From Octopus bimaculoides (Eukaryota): a stretch of 36,315 nucleotides of DNA. Made by a program: the position numbers and the translations under genes. The stretch is from the NCBI RefSeq assembly GCF_001194135.2, contig NC_069001.1, positions 8,040,557-8,076,871 of the forward strand, given 5' to 3'. This document shows positions 18,844 to 29,899 of this stretch, piece after piece (within the stretch, counting starts at the first letter, position 1; every line of letters starts with the position of its first letter). Below the pieces are notes generated by a model. It was not told the DNA's origin, did not search any database, and worked only from the letters and a program-made list of their open reading frames with translations.

Positions 18844-20766
18844 TTATATCAATACGACCAATGAAAAAATGACGAAATGCGGAATGATTATTGTTGTAAC
18901 AATGTGGCCGTCTAATAAACTAGCATTAGCTACAATATAATAAATTGGCCTTGATGTTAGTACAATTTACGTTCCTTCTTCTCTTTTCGTTAGACATCTA
19001 ATAATTTTGCTTTCTTTTTACACTTTCGCTTCTTGGTTTTCTTTTGTATTATGCCTATCTGCATTGCCTGTGTTCGCCTGACTTGCTAGAAATAGCAGCC
19101 AAATCCCCCTTAGTAAATGGTATATATCAAGTGAGTTCCTTAATTGATTTTAATGTCATATTTCATCTTTGACAGCTCCCGAGATGAACCAACGCAATTA
19201 ACTTTTCTCACAAACACGCTCGTACACGAGACAAGCCATACTGCAATGTAGTCTATGGTAGATCATTCTCTCAAAAAACCATTTAACGACACATTTATTC
19301 ATATCGAGTAATTGTATCAGTCTCAAAAGAGTAATTTATACACACATACAATATGATAGTCTCGACAACACTATTATATACAACCGCAACTACATATACG
19401 TTGGTGAGACCAAACAATCACCAGAGTTCTAGGCGCGACCTTTTGAAGAAACTACTCTTTCGAGTGTTATTTAATTCCATGTTGAGCACTGCTAGTCGCA
19501 GACAATCTACAGCTATTGGAGTATTACCCCATCCACAATTTTCATTATGATCGCTGATAATAGTCTATGAAACCTCAGTCATTATACAAATGTCGGTTTT
19601 TGAATCCTAAAACATAGACCAGTCGGCAAGTTTGGTTGAATTCTCTGCTTGAGGGCTTCATGGCTTTCATGCCTTCGGCTTGTTTAGGACCAAAGATGCA
19701 GGTGCTTCATGGCTTTCATGCCTTCGGCTTGTTTAGGACCAAAGATGCAGGTGCTTCTGGCTGANNNNNNNNNNNNNNNNNNNNNNNNNNNNNNNNNNNN
19801 NNNNNNNNNNNNNNNNNNNNNNNNNNNNNNNNNNNNNNNNNNNNNNNNNNNNNNNNNNNNNNNNNNNNNNNNNNNNNNNNNNNNNNNNNNNNNNNNNNNN
19901 NNNNNNNNNNNNNNNNNNNNNNNNNNNNNNNNNNNNNNNNNNNNNNNNNNNNNNNNNNNNNNNNNNNNNNNNNNNNNNNNNNNNNNNNNNNNNNNNNNNN
20001 NNNNNNNNNNNNNNNNNNNNNNNNNNNNNNNNNNNNNNNNNNNNNNNNNNNNNNNNNNNNNNNNNNNNNNNNNNNNNNNNNNNNNNNNNNNNNNCCTAGC
20101 GATTTGATGTTTGACAACTAATTTTGTAGACACTGCTTTCAAAATTTCTATTTTCTTTATCATACATTCTCTTGCAATCTAAAGCAAAAGTTTTTCATGG
20201 ACCCATAAGATATTGCTGTGGACTCAATTTACTATTTTACTTGTGTGGATCCCCAAAAATCTTATGGACTCTGGTTGACAACCAATGGGCTTGGTAAATG
20301 TTTGTAATGACAGTTTATCAGTATACTAATAAATGTAGCAAGATAGCTGATGTTAGATCTCTACTGTTTAACTGCCTTCTCTGTCTCATACTGTTTCTTT
20401 CTATTTCAGAACACCAGATGACATTGGCTGAAAAGAATATTTTACCTCAACAGCATCCTCAGTATTTAGATTTTAAGATGGAATATGTTATACCAAATTT
20501 ATTAACTTTTGTTTCTAGAAATCCATGGCTAAATTATTTTGAAATACTTCCTTTGAGCTGAGTTTCATACCAAAGTTTCTCTGTTTGCTGTCTGAATTAT
20601 GTACAAGCTGATTCTGCATTCTAATTAAGTTTCAATCAATGAATTTACAAAAGTGTTGGCTGCATCTTCTGATCTTGACAAAGATAAAACTTCATGGGAA
20701 AATAAAATGTAAAACTGAATAGGAGAAACATATATGCATATATTGTAGTGAAAGGAAATATGGAAA

Positions 20767-21828
20767 ATGAATTCTGAGAACAAAGTTGAATGTAAAACAG
20801 TGTCTGAAAGTATTGACTTTCCAGATGAGATGCTGAAAGAGAAGAGTAAAACATCATACCAATGTGATATGTGTAAGAAATCATTCTCTCAAAGAGGCCA
20901 CCTAATTACTCACAAACGCATACATACAGGAGTAAAACCATATCAGTGTGATATCTGTGGTAAATCATTTTCTGTCAGAAGTAACTTAACTACTCACAAA
21001 CGTATTCATACAGGGGAGAAGCCATATCACTGTGATATCTGTGGTAACTCATTCTCTCAAAGAAGTCCCTTAACTACTCACAAACGTATTCATACAGGTG
21101 AAAAACCATATCAGTGTGATATCTGTGGTAAATCATTCTCGCAAAATGGTGAAGTAACTAAACACAAACGTACCCATACAGGAGAGAAGCCATATCAGTG
21201 TGATATCTGTGATAAATCGTTTTCTGGAAGTGGTGGCTTAACTATACACAAACGCTTTCATACTGGAGAGAAGCCATATAACTGTGACATCTGCGGTAAA
21301 TCATTCTCTCAAAATGGTGAAGTAACGATACATAAATACATTCACACAGGAGTGAAACCCTACCAATGTGATATCTGCGGTAAATCATTCTCTGTAACAA
21401 GTCATTTAACTACTCACAAACGTATTCACACAGGAGAGAAACCATATCACTGTGATATCTGTGGTATATCGTTCTCTGAGAGTAGTAGCTTTACTAGACA
21501 CAAGCGCATTCATACAGGAGAAAAACCATATCTCTGCGATATTTGTGGTAAATCATTCTCTCAGATCGGTTACTTAACTACTCACAAACGTATTCATACA
21601 GGAGAAAAGCCATATCATTGTGATGTTTGTGGTAAAACATTCTCTCACAGTGGTAACTTAACTAATCACAAGCACATTCATTCAAGGCAAAAGCCATATC
21701 ATTGTGATATCTGTGGTAAATCATTTTCTCACAGTGGTAACTTAACTACTCACAAACAAATTCATACAAGAGACAAGCAATACCACAATGATATCTATGG
21801 TAAATCATTCTCTCAAAAAGTCACTTAA
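20767..21828 (+). CDS. C2H2 zinc-finger protein A: 11 intact fingers plus a decayed 12th, 353 aa, single coding exon
   Basis: Tandem 28-aa CxxC-x12-HxxxH repeats with TGEKPY linkers; no KRAB/BTB/SCAN/ZAD domain visible. Confidence 0.93.
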   Translation: MNSENKVECKTVSESIDFPDEMLKEKSKTSYQCDMCKKSFSQRGHLITHKRIHTGVKPYQCDICGKSFSVRSNLTTHKRIHTGEKPYHCDICGNSFSQRSPLTTHKRIHTGEKPYQCDICGKSFSQNGEVTKHKRTHTGEKPYQCDICDKSFSGSGGLTIHKRFHTGEKPYNCDICGKSFSQNGEVTIHKYIHTGVKPYQCDICGKSFSVTSHLTTHKRIHTGEKPYHCDICGISFSESSSFTRHKRIHTGEKPYLCDICGKSFSQIGYLTTHKRIHTGEKPYHCDVCGKTFSHSGNLTNHKHIHSRQKPYHCDICGKSFSHSGNLTTHKQIHTRDKQYHNDIYGKSFSQKVT

Positions 21829-22233
21829 ATACTCACAACCGTATTCATAAAGAAGAGTAACAGAATCAATCCTAAAAGATTCATTCTATGAAGAAAAGAT
21901 ATATAACCATGAATGTATATTAAAAAAACTGGCAATACAATTTGATAAGTCTCCTAACACTTTCATATATAACTACAAATACATATACCTTAGTGAGATA
22001 AAGTCGTTTAAAATATAATTGTTGTCTCAGAATACTCATCTATTTTCCATCTGACATATTTCCTGAAGGGAGAAAAGAGACGTTTGATTTATTTGACATT
22101 GTGGATAAATAACCGAGAAATGCATTTTCATATGTCAGGGATCATGTCACTGTATAATTGATATTGCAAATAAATATATAAACCATGTTTTATCATACCA
22201 CGATATTTTATATACAATCTTACATGTGTGTTA

Positions 22234-23443
22234 CAGAGATTGGTCAAAATGTTAGAAAAAATCCTTGTTAAATGGAGGTTTTATTATTAAATAGAGAATT
22301 GGTCCACCTTTAGTATCAATCACAGCTTTAATATGTTGAAGAATTGACTTGTATAGGTTCTGGATAATTGTTAGGGGAATTTTGAACCAGTTTTTAAGTA
22401 AATCTACTTAATCTCTTTTTGTGATGATGGCAGAGGGAAGTGGCTTCTCATTTGCTGTTCGAAGGTGCATCTTAAATGTTCAATTATATTGGGATCCAGT
22501 GATTGTGGGGACGAGTCGAAATAGTTTGTCACCTTTGTGCTCTTTGTATCAATTTTGAATAATATTAACCATGTAAATTGATGCAAAGTAGTCCTTGAAG
22601 ACTGCTGCTATCAAGAAATAATGTTTATACAATAGAATTTACATGATCAGCCAAAATACTCAGTCATTAGTATTAACTCTACCATGTAGAACAGCTGAAG
22701 GAGCAAAAGAATTCTATCATGTAGCTACCCAAATCATGCCACCTCCATGCTTCATGGTAGAAGCCGAACAATCAGGGATTGGATGAAGGCTTCTTTGAGC
22801 TGTCTCCAGTTATAAACTTACCTCGAAGTGGGGGAAAAAGGTGAATGATTATTCATCAGACATGACAGTAAGCCATTGACTGCTTCTAACAGTCAAAACA
22901 CTGATTTTTCTGCTTATCAATGTTGATGGGGAACAGGAAAAGTTTAGCAATTACAGCTCCCCTTGCTATCCAGCTTTATGGTGCTCACAACAAATGGTTT
23001 TAGTTGACACAAGGTTTTCAAGTTGGTGGTTTAGCTTTACTGTCACTTTTGCTGGTGTAGTTTGATGGTTTTTAGTCAAATTATGTTTCACTACACAGCA
23101 GTACCTCTATGAGTTTTGCATTCTCATCAGAATTATGGTTACTGCAGCTGATTCTACTTTGGTTTTTGAATGCCAACATCATTTTAGTGACTGTACCTCT
23201 TGTAACATTAAACAGTTTAGTAGTTTTAGGGACTGAAGTTCCAGCCATCCACTCTTTAACAATTTGTCCTCTTTGGAATTCATATAAGTCACATATTTTA
23301 ACTTATTTAAATATATGCCAAAAAAAAAAAAGAGAAACTCTAGAGTGAAAGACATCCAAAATGTATTTTTGAACTTGTCATATTGTCAATAGAAGAAACA
23401 GTTAAATAAAAAGTGGTATTTCTATTATTTTGTTCAATCCCTG
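22234..23443 (-). mobile_element. Tc1-family DNA transposon, full span, transposase pseudogenised and internally deleted
   Basis: TIRs CAGAGATTGGTCAAAATGTTAGAAA / CAGGGATTGAACAAAATAATAGAAA with TA on both sides. Relic translation: DLYEFQRGQIV..MAGTSV.KT.KLF.V.RGTVTK; KNHQTTPAKVT..LN..L.N.VSTKTI; MSDE; TMKHGGG; SPQSLDPNIIEHL. Confidence 0.88.
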
Positions 23444-23615
23444 TATATTTTGCTTTAAAATGTATAATATGTATACTTTCAAAGTTGGTAAGATTTATAT
23501 CATTTCATTTTTTTTTATTCATGTCACAATTCCTGCATGAGATTTTATGCACTTCATTCAAAATTTACTTTCAATAATTAAACTGAAATGAAATCATAAC
23601 AAAAATAGTTGACAA

Positions 23616-24140
23616 TTCCTGGCTTTCGTTGACCTGGTGAAGACTCTTGAGAGGTTTCTATGTTCAGTCATTTTGTGTTCACTCAGGAAACTAGGCATAG
23701 ATGAACGGCTCATGAGGACTGTACAATCTATGTACAATGATGCTGTAAGTAAAGTGAGTCTACAGTGGTGAAGGTAGGAGTCCATCAAGGTTCTGTCCTC
23801 AATCCTCTTTTTTTTTTTTTTTTTTAATCATAGTCCTGATAATCTAGTTCTTATAACTGATTCTATGGTGGAATTAGAAAGGAAATTCCAGGCATGAAAG
23901 CTAAACCTAGAACCAAATGACTTCAAGGTAAGCTTAGCAAAGACAAAGGTTTTAGTAAGTTGGAAAGAAGACAGGATGCCGCTTTCTTCAGGGAAATGGC
24001 TTTGCTTAATCTGTTGGAAAAGAGTAGGTATAAACCCAATATGCTGTACCAAATATATATTATGGACACAAGAGGTGTAGTGGAATCCTACATTAAAATA
24101 TAAAGTCAGCTGTATATGTGACATGCACTGGAAAAGTATG
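23616..24140 (+). mobile_element. RTE-clade LINE reverse-transcriptase fragment
   Basis: FLAFVDL.K...LRKLGIDE.L.RTVQSMY; VGVHQGSVLNPLFF; DNLVLI..S..ELERKFQ; AKTKVL; KW.CLICWKRVG.NPICCT. Confidence 0.88.
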
Positions 24141-24239
24141 TACTATAGGTACACCAGAAATAAATTCTTTACCCTTTAGCATTCGGATTCTTCTTAGTCT
24201 TAGGTCCTCCTGTGCCGTGTGGTGCATTGGTGTATTTGT

Positions 24240-24761
24240 GTCTGTATGTTTATCTCCTCCCATGCTTAACAACTGGTGCTGGTGTGTTTACATCCCCGTA
24301 ATTTAGCGGTTCAGCAAAAAGAAACTGATAGAATAAGTACCAGGCTTATAAAAAAATATAAGTTCTGGAGTTGATTCAATTGACTAAAAATTCTTCGATG
24401 TGGTGCTCCAGCATGGCTGCAGTCTGATGAGTGAAGCAAGTAAAAGATGAAAGTCCCCCTGCGCGGCACCTTGGGCAAGTGTCTTCTACTATAGCCTCAG
24501 GACGACTAAAGCCTTGCGAGTGGATTTGCTAGATGGAAACTGAAAGAAGCCCGTCGTATATGTGTGTGTGTGTGTGTGTCTGTCTCCCCCACCATCGCTT
24601 GACAACCGATGCTGGTATTTACGTCCCCGTAACCTACCAGTTCGGTAAAAGTAACCGATAAAATAAGTTCTAGGATTACAAAGAATAAGTCTTAGGGTCG
24701 ATTTTGTTCGACTAAAGGCGTTGCTCCAGCATGGCCGCAGTCAAATGACTGAAATAAAAGA

Positions 24762-24762
<1 letters not shown>
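24240..24762 (+). mobile_element. Two adjacent family C SINE copies (tail half 24240-24452; 5'-truncated copy with internal (TG)n 24455-24762)
   Basis: Both end in GYTCCAGCATGGCYGCAGTC..ATGAST GAA-like tails; head motif GTGTCTTCTACTATAGCC. Confidence 0.7.
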
Positions 24763-24796
<34 letters not shown>

Positions 24797-25511
24797 CAGA
24801 GAGAGAGGGGGTGTAGTAAAGTAGATAGACACAGGTTGTTTTTTCCTTATATTTTTTCCTCCTCTATTTTGTGCTCCATGTAAATATATATTTCAAGTCT
24901 ATGTTTATCTTAATATAGAACCTCCATAACAATTCGGTTTGAATTGCTCTTATTGTCACTTTGGATACCTTGAGTCTAGCCCTGGATTAGAAATTACAAA
25001 TTTAATTCGCATTCATTTGATCAATAATAATTTGTGTTGTTGCCCACCAGGAAGCTTCCACCTCCTACCGGATAAGTCACGAAATACATCTTAGGGAAGG
25101 GAAGTAACTTTGATAACTTGAAACTTTTCATTGATGTTGCCTTTTCGTTGTTTTTGGTCAATGGGTCGTTCACTGTTTGCATCTAAACACGTAAGTTGAC
25201 AAAGTTTTGTTTTATAATTGTTATTATGTGAGTAAATAATAGAATTGTGTGCCCCCTTCGAGGGTGGAATATTTGTACAGACAGAAGTGAAACACATAAC
25301 ACGGGGGAAATATTTCCTCGTTCAGGCTTCCTCGTATAATATGCTTATTTCTTCTCGCAAAACATGGATCTGTTTATTTTTGAAGACACCGGACTGAACG
25401 GTCATACGTTATAAAATAAATTCGAAGTTTTTGTTAATGATATTTTACTTGAAGATCACAGGATGAAAATAACGGAAATTGTTAATAATCGCCAATACAA
25501 GCGAACGTTTT

Positions 25512-25709
25512 AAGGTGGTGAGCTGGCAGATGCGTAGTAGCATGTCGTCCATCTACGTTCTGAGTTCAAATTCCGCTGAGGTCGATTTTGCCTTTCATCC
25601 TGTCGGGGGTCGATAAAAGGAGTACCAGTTTAACACAGGGGTCAATATAATGGATTCGTTTCCTCCCCCCGAAGTTGCTGACTTTATGCCAAAATTTGAA
25701 ATTAATATG
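25512..25709 (+). mobile_element. tRNA-derived SINE (family B) with a 10-bp target-site duplication
   Basis: B box GAGTTCAAATTCC; GCCTTTCATCCTGTCGGGGGTCGATAAAA; flanked by AGCGAACGTT at 25500-25509 and 25710-25719. Confidence 0.8.
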
Positions 25710-25807
25710 AGCGAACGTTACCTGATTTATGGTTAATTTTAACTGATATATAATGAAATGTTCAACGGGTTTATTACGAAATGGGCATAACTACAGAGTT
25801 GTATGAT

Positions 25808-25885
25808 AATGTTATATATCTACCTATCTCCAATGTTATATATCTACCTATCTCCAAATTATATATCTACCTATCTCCAAATTAT
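25808..25885. repeat. Tandem repeat, 3 x 23-24 bp (TTATATATCTACCTATCTCCAA)
   Basis: Direct reading. Confidence 0.9.
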
Positions 25886-27167
25886 CTATTACTAATATGT
25901 GTTTACTTCTCCATAACGTAATGGTTTGGCTAAAGTGTCCGATAGAACGAGTACCAGGTTTTTTAAAAAAATACTGGGACTGATTCGTTCGACTAAAATT
26001 CGGTCATTCAAGCCGACGCTCCAGCATGGCCGCAGCTGGACTGAAACTAGAAAAAGAGTACCAAAATATTAAATTGTTGGATAATAACGTCTAATAAATT
26101 TCAGAAAAACGTGGAAACGGTGTGCCACTTCCTAAGCATAGCACAATATTTCTCTATAATTTTGCTCTACGTATCTTCCATTGTGTTCGTGCATGGTCAC
26201 CATGGCATACGTACAATTAATAATAATGAGGGTGCCTGGCAATACGTGCACTTTTATCTCATTGACGATTATTACTGATTTGTTTAACCTTTCCTTTTGT
26301 GATCTACAAACGAAAGATCGCCATTTTGTTTGTCAGAAACAAGGATGTCTACTTATTTGATCATCCCAGAATTACGAACTGGAAAGACCATTCATGGTGG
26401 CGTTTGAATTCAGAACATAAAGGGAGGGATATAACTAAATACCGATTCCACTCTCTTTTCTGTTAAGATCAAACATGTCATATATATCCTCTGAGAAACT
26501 GACGCATTTTTCCTTTGCAGTAACTGAAACTTGTTTACAATCGTCCAACTCTTCTAAAATGAAGAATCACATTTGGTAATGAATGGCTTTTCCTGGGTGT
26601 TTTTGAGGTGTGGAAAATTTACTGAGATTAATGTGTATATTTTCAAAGGGAGTATTTCAAGATGAAGAGTACATGAAGTACAATATTTACTGGGTTACTA
26701 GATCCTTGGACCTTTCTGATTCTACCTTGTTTGTAATGGTAAACAATTTGAAGGCATAGCAGTAGTTTGCAAATATGTAAACTTCATTAAAATGTAATTT
26801 TAATAACGAATTAAAAAGGAAAGTTTGATTGTTCAGGTAAAGGTTTTTACTTACAGTCTATCGATATAGAATTGTAGTAAAGGTTCCATTACTAAATTTT
26901 TACTTTATTAGTCTTATCTTTATTTCAGAGTATCAGATGACATTGGTGTTAAAGAATTTTTTACTTTGGAAGCACCATAACTATTCATCATAATTTATAG
27001 ACAGAAATGGGATACACTGAACAGATATGAACCTGTTTATATAAATCTCCAGTAGAATTGCATTGAAAAATATCCTCTGAGATTATTAACAAAATTTTTC
27101 TACTTCACTACATTTAAAAACTAAAGGAAGAAAAGCATCTGTACATTGTGATGATAGAAGGAAAATT

Positions 27168-28358
27168 ATGGAAAATGAAATTTGTGAGCAAAAAATTAAA
27201 TGTGAAACGCAAATTAAAAGGACTGATTTTCTGGATAGTATAACGAAAAAGAAACAAAAAACATTGCACTACTGTAATATCTGTAAAAAATCATTCTCAC
27301 ATAAAGGTCACAAACGTATTCATACAGGAGAAAAACCATATCACTGTGATATCTGTGGTAAATCATTCTCTCATAAAAATATCTTAACTTCTCATATCCG
27401 TATACATACAGGAGAAAGACCATTTCACTGTGATATCTGTGGTGAATCATTCTCTCACAGAAATACCTTAACAGTTCACAGGCGTATTCATACAGGTGAA
27501 AAACCCTATTGTTGTAATATCTGTGGTAAATCATTCTCTCGCAGTGGTGGTGACTTAACTAAACACAAACGTATTCATACAGGCGAGAAACCATTTCATT
27601 GTGATATCTGTGGAAAATCATTCTCTTCAAGTAGTAATTTGACTTCTCACAAACGCATTCATACAGGAGAGAGACCATATCACTGTGATATCTGTGGTAA
27701 CTCATTTTCTCAAAGTAATCATTTAACTAAACACAGGCACGTTCACACTGGAGAAAAACCATATCAATGTGATATCTGTGGTAAATCATTTTCTCAAACT
27801 GGTCACTTAACTAAGCATAAACGTGTTCATACAGGAGAGAAACCATATCAATGTGATATCTGTGGTCGATCATTCTCTCGAAATCACCACTTACTTACTC
27901 ACAGCCGTATCCATACAGGAGACAAGCCATATCACTGTAATATCTGTGGTAAATCATTTTTACAAACTGGTCACTTAACTAAGCACAGACGCATTCATAC
28001 TGGAGAGAAACCATATCAGTGTGATATCTGTGATAAATCATTCTCTCGAAATCATAACTTAATTACTCACAAACGTGTTCATACAGGAGAGAAGCCATAT
28101 CAGTGTGATATCTGTGGTATTTCATTCTGTCAAAGTGGTGAATTAACTACTCACAAATACAGACATACAGGAGAGAAACCATACCACTGTGATATTTGTA
28201 GTAAATCATTTTCTCGAAATGATCAATTAACCACTCATAGATATATTCATACAGGAGAGAAGCCATATCACTGTGATATTTGTGGAAAATCATTTTCTCA
28301 AAGATGTAGTGTAACAAGACACAAGCATATTCATACAGGAGTAAAGCCATGTGACTGA
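27168..28358 (+). CDS. C2H2 zinc-finger protein B: 13 repeats (finger 1 has a 4-aa deletion, finger 4 a 1-aa insertion), 396 aa
   Basis: Tandem CDICGKSFS...[11 protein letters not shown] repeats; ATG at 27168 in strong context (attATGg). Confidence 0.95.
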   Translation: MENEICEQKIKCETQIKRTDFLDSITKKKQKTLHYCNICKKSFSHKGHKRIHTGEKPYHCDICGKSFSHKNILTSHIRIHTGERPFHCDICGESFSHRNTLTVHRRIHTGEKPYCCNICGKSFSRSGGDLTKHKRIHTGEKPFHCDICGKSFSSSSNLTSHKRIHTGERPYHCDICGNSFSQSNHLTKHRHVHTGEKPYQCDICGKSFSQTGHLTKHKRVHTGEKPYQCDICGRSFSRNHHLLTHSRIHTGDKPYHCNICGKSFLQTGHLTKHRRIHTGEKPYQCDICDKSFSRNHNLITHKRVHTGEKPYQCDICGISFCQSGELTTHKYRHTGEKPYHCDICSKSFSRNDQLTTHRYIHTGEKPYHCDICGKSFSQRCSVTRHKHIHTGVKPCD

Positions 28359-28884
28359 TATCAGGGATAAATCAATTTTATATGCATGTGTGTATTCCAT
28401 AAAGAAAATTAACTGTATCAACATCAACACTCTAAGCACATATATTTACAAACAAAAAAGAAGATATAACAGTATGGTAACAATCTGCCAATATCATAAT
28501 TTATATAGTCACAACTGTACATTGGTGAGATAATTTATGTGGTAGAAGTTGTAAATCATTGTAATCATCAAAGTTTTAATATCCATTCTCTATTGTGTTA
28601 TGCGTTGGACATACCTACCATACAGTATATCAGGCATGTCAAACTGCAGAGTCCTTTTGGGCCATATTGCTCCTATACATGTTGCCATAGGGTCTGCATT
28701 CTCTAAAACACACATTTAGAATAAAGACTCCTCTCATATCAATTCTTTATTATTAAGTAAAAAATCTTTTACAACCGTTTATTTGCTCATCATTAATCGT
28801 ATTTTTAATAATTAAATTATTATTAATCATTTTTACTATCAAGAATTTTTCGGGTTTCCCGTTTTTAAATGTCTAAGAGGAGAT

Positions 28885-29395
28885 ATCAGGGGACTGAGAC
28901 TTCTGGTGGTATGCTGTGCTTGAGAAAACACATCAAGCTAAGTACCGTATTTTAACATGTATAAGGAACCCCCTGATTTTTGGGGGCTCGAAATTTAGAA
29001 AAAAGGTTTTGTAAGGGATTATAATACTATCCATGTGTAAGAAACTCCCATGTTTTCTTAACCTAATTTTTGACAAAAAAGGGTTCTTATACATGTTAAA
29101 ATATGGTAAATACGTGACCATCCTTGCATACAAGCATGTCCCCAGGATCTCTCTTCAACAGAATATTCTTAATCTTGTGGTCTCGTGGGTACCAGTGCCA
29201 TGTAAAAAAACACCCATGCTGGTGTCACATAAAAGCACCTTGTACACTGTAAAGTGGTTGGTGTTAGGAAGGGCTTCCATCCATAAAAACCATGCCAAAA
29301 CAAACAACTGGAACCTGGACAGCTGACCAGCTCCTGTCAAACCATCCATCCTATACCAGCATGGAAAACGGATGTTAAATGATCATGACATTGAT
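28885..29395 (+). mobile_element. 5'-truncated RTE 3' end interrupted by a MITE
   Basis: GCTGTGCTTGAGAA..CATCAAGC, then GTAAAGTGGTTGGTGTTAGGAAGGGC...CCAGCATGGAAAACGGATGTTAAATGAT tail. Confidence 0.65.
28945..29106. mobile_element. TA-flanked MITE (pogo/Tigger-like ends, 162 bp)
   Basis: TIRs CCGTATTTTAACATGTATAAGGAACCC / GGGTTCTTATACATGTTAAAATATGG; TA at 28943-44 and 29107-08. Confidence 0.8.
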
Positions 29396-29899
29396 AATGA
29401 TTTTTAAACATCTAACTATGCCACTTATGGGCTCCACTTGTGTTTGAAAATGGCCACCTGTTTGTTGCTTGAAGATTGTGTGTTTGACATGTCAGCAGTC
29501 GTGTGCAGACGATTCGCTGATTGGACAATAAGTTGACATACGAAAGTATCGATCATAGAGTTCATCAAAATGGAATGAGGAGGCAGAAGACTTCTATACA
29601 AAGGATACGCCTATATTATTGATAGAACCGGAAAACAGTCCAATCGGTCAATTGTCCTGTTTGTAAGTTGTCTGTTGACGAATTGTCCATCTATCGTCTG
29701 CAGGATATCATCCCATATTTTCAATATTTTGTTTTCTCAACTCTTGGATCCAGAATCCAGAGATCTGACCTTATTACATTTTATAACTATATTTGATGGC
29801 ATGAAATTCAAATAAAGCTGTTCATTTTCACAGTATTCTCCTCATTTTATATGCAGAAACCATCTTAACACTTGAACTAATCCAACCATAAACTTTAAA

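Noticed and set aside
19655-19757. Perfect 49-bp tandem duplication
   Set aside because: Zero mismatches and directly abutting an N-gap; most likely a contig-end assembly artefact
20298-20561. 87-aa ORF upstream of ZNF-A as a separate gene
   Set aside because: Crosses the inferred 5' UTR intron; its distal part is better explained as a uORF that is not conserved in paralogs B and C
20850-21800. Regular 84-bp repeats with variable internal segments, superficially CRISPR-like
   Set aside because: These are in-frame C2H2 finger codons in a eukaryotic gene, with no cas genes or repeat-spacer structure
27214-28350. Antisense ORFs (MIYHRYY.., MALLLYEY..)
   Set aside because: Reverse-frame shadows of the repetitive zinc-finger codons
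28631-28670. CAGGCATGTCAAAC, a hAT-like left end, with a possible partner GTTTGACATGTCAG at 29482-29495
   Set aside because: Partner is imperfect and I could not identify an 8-bp TSD
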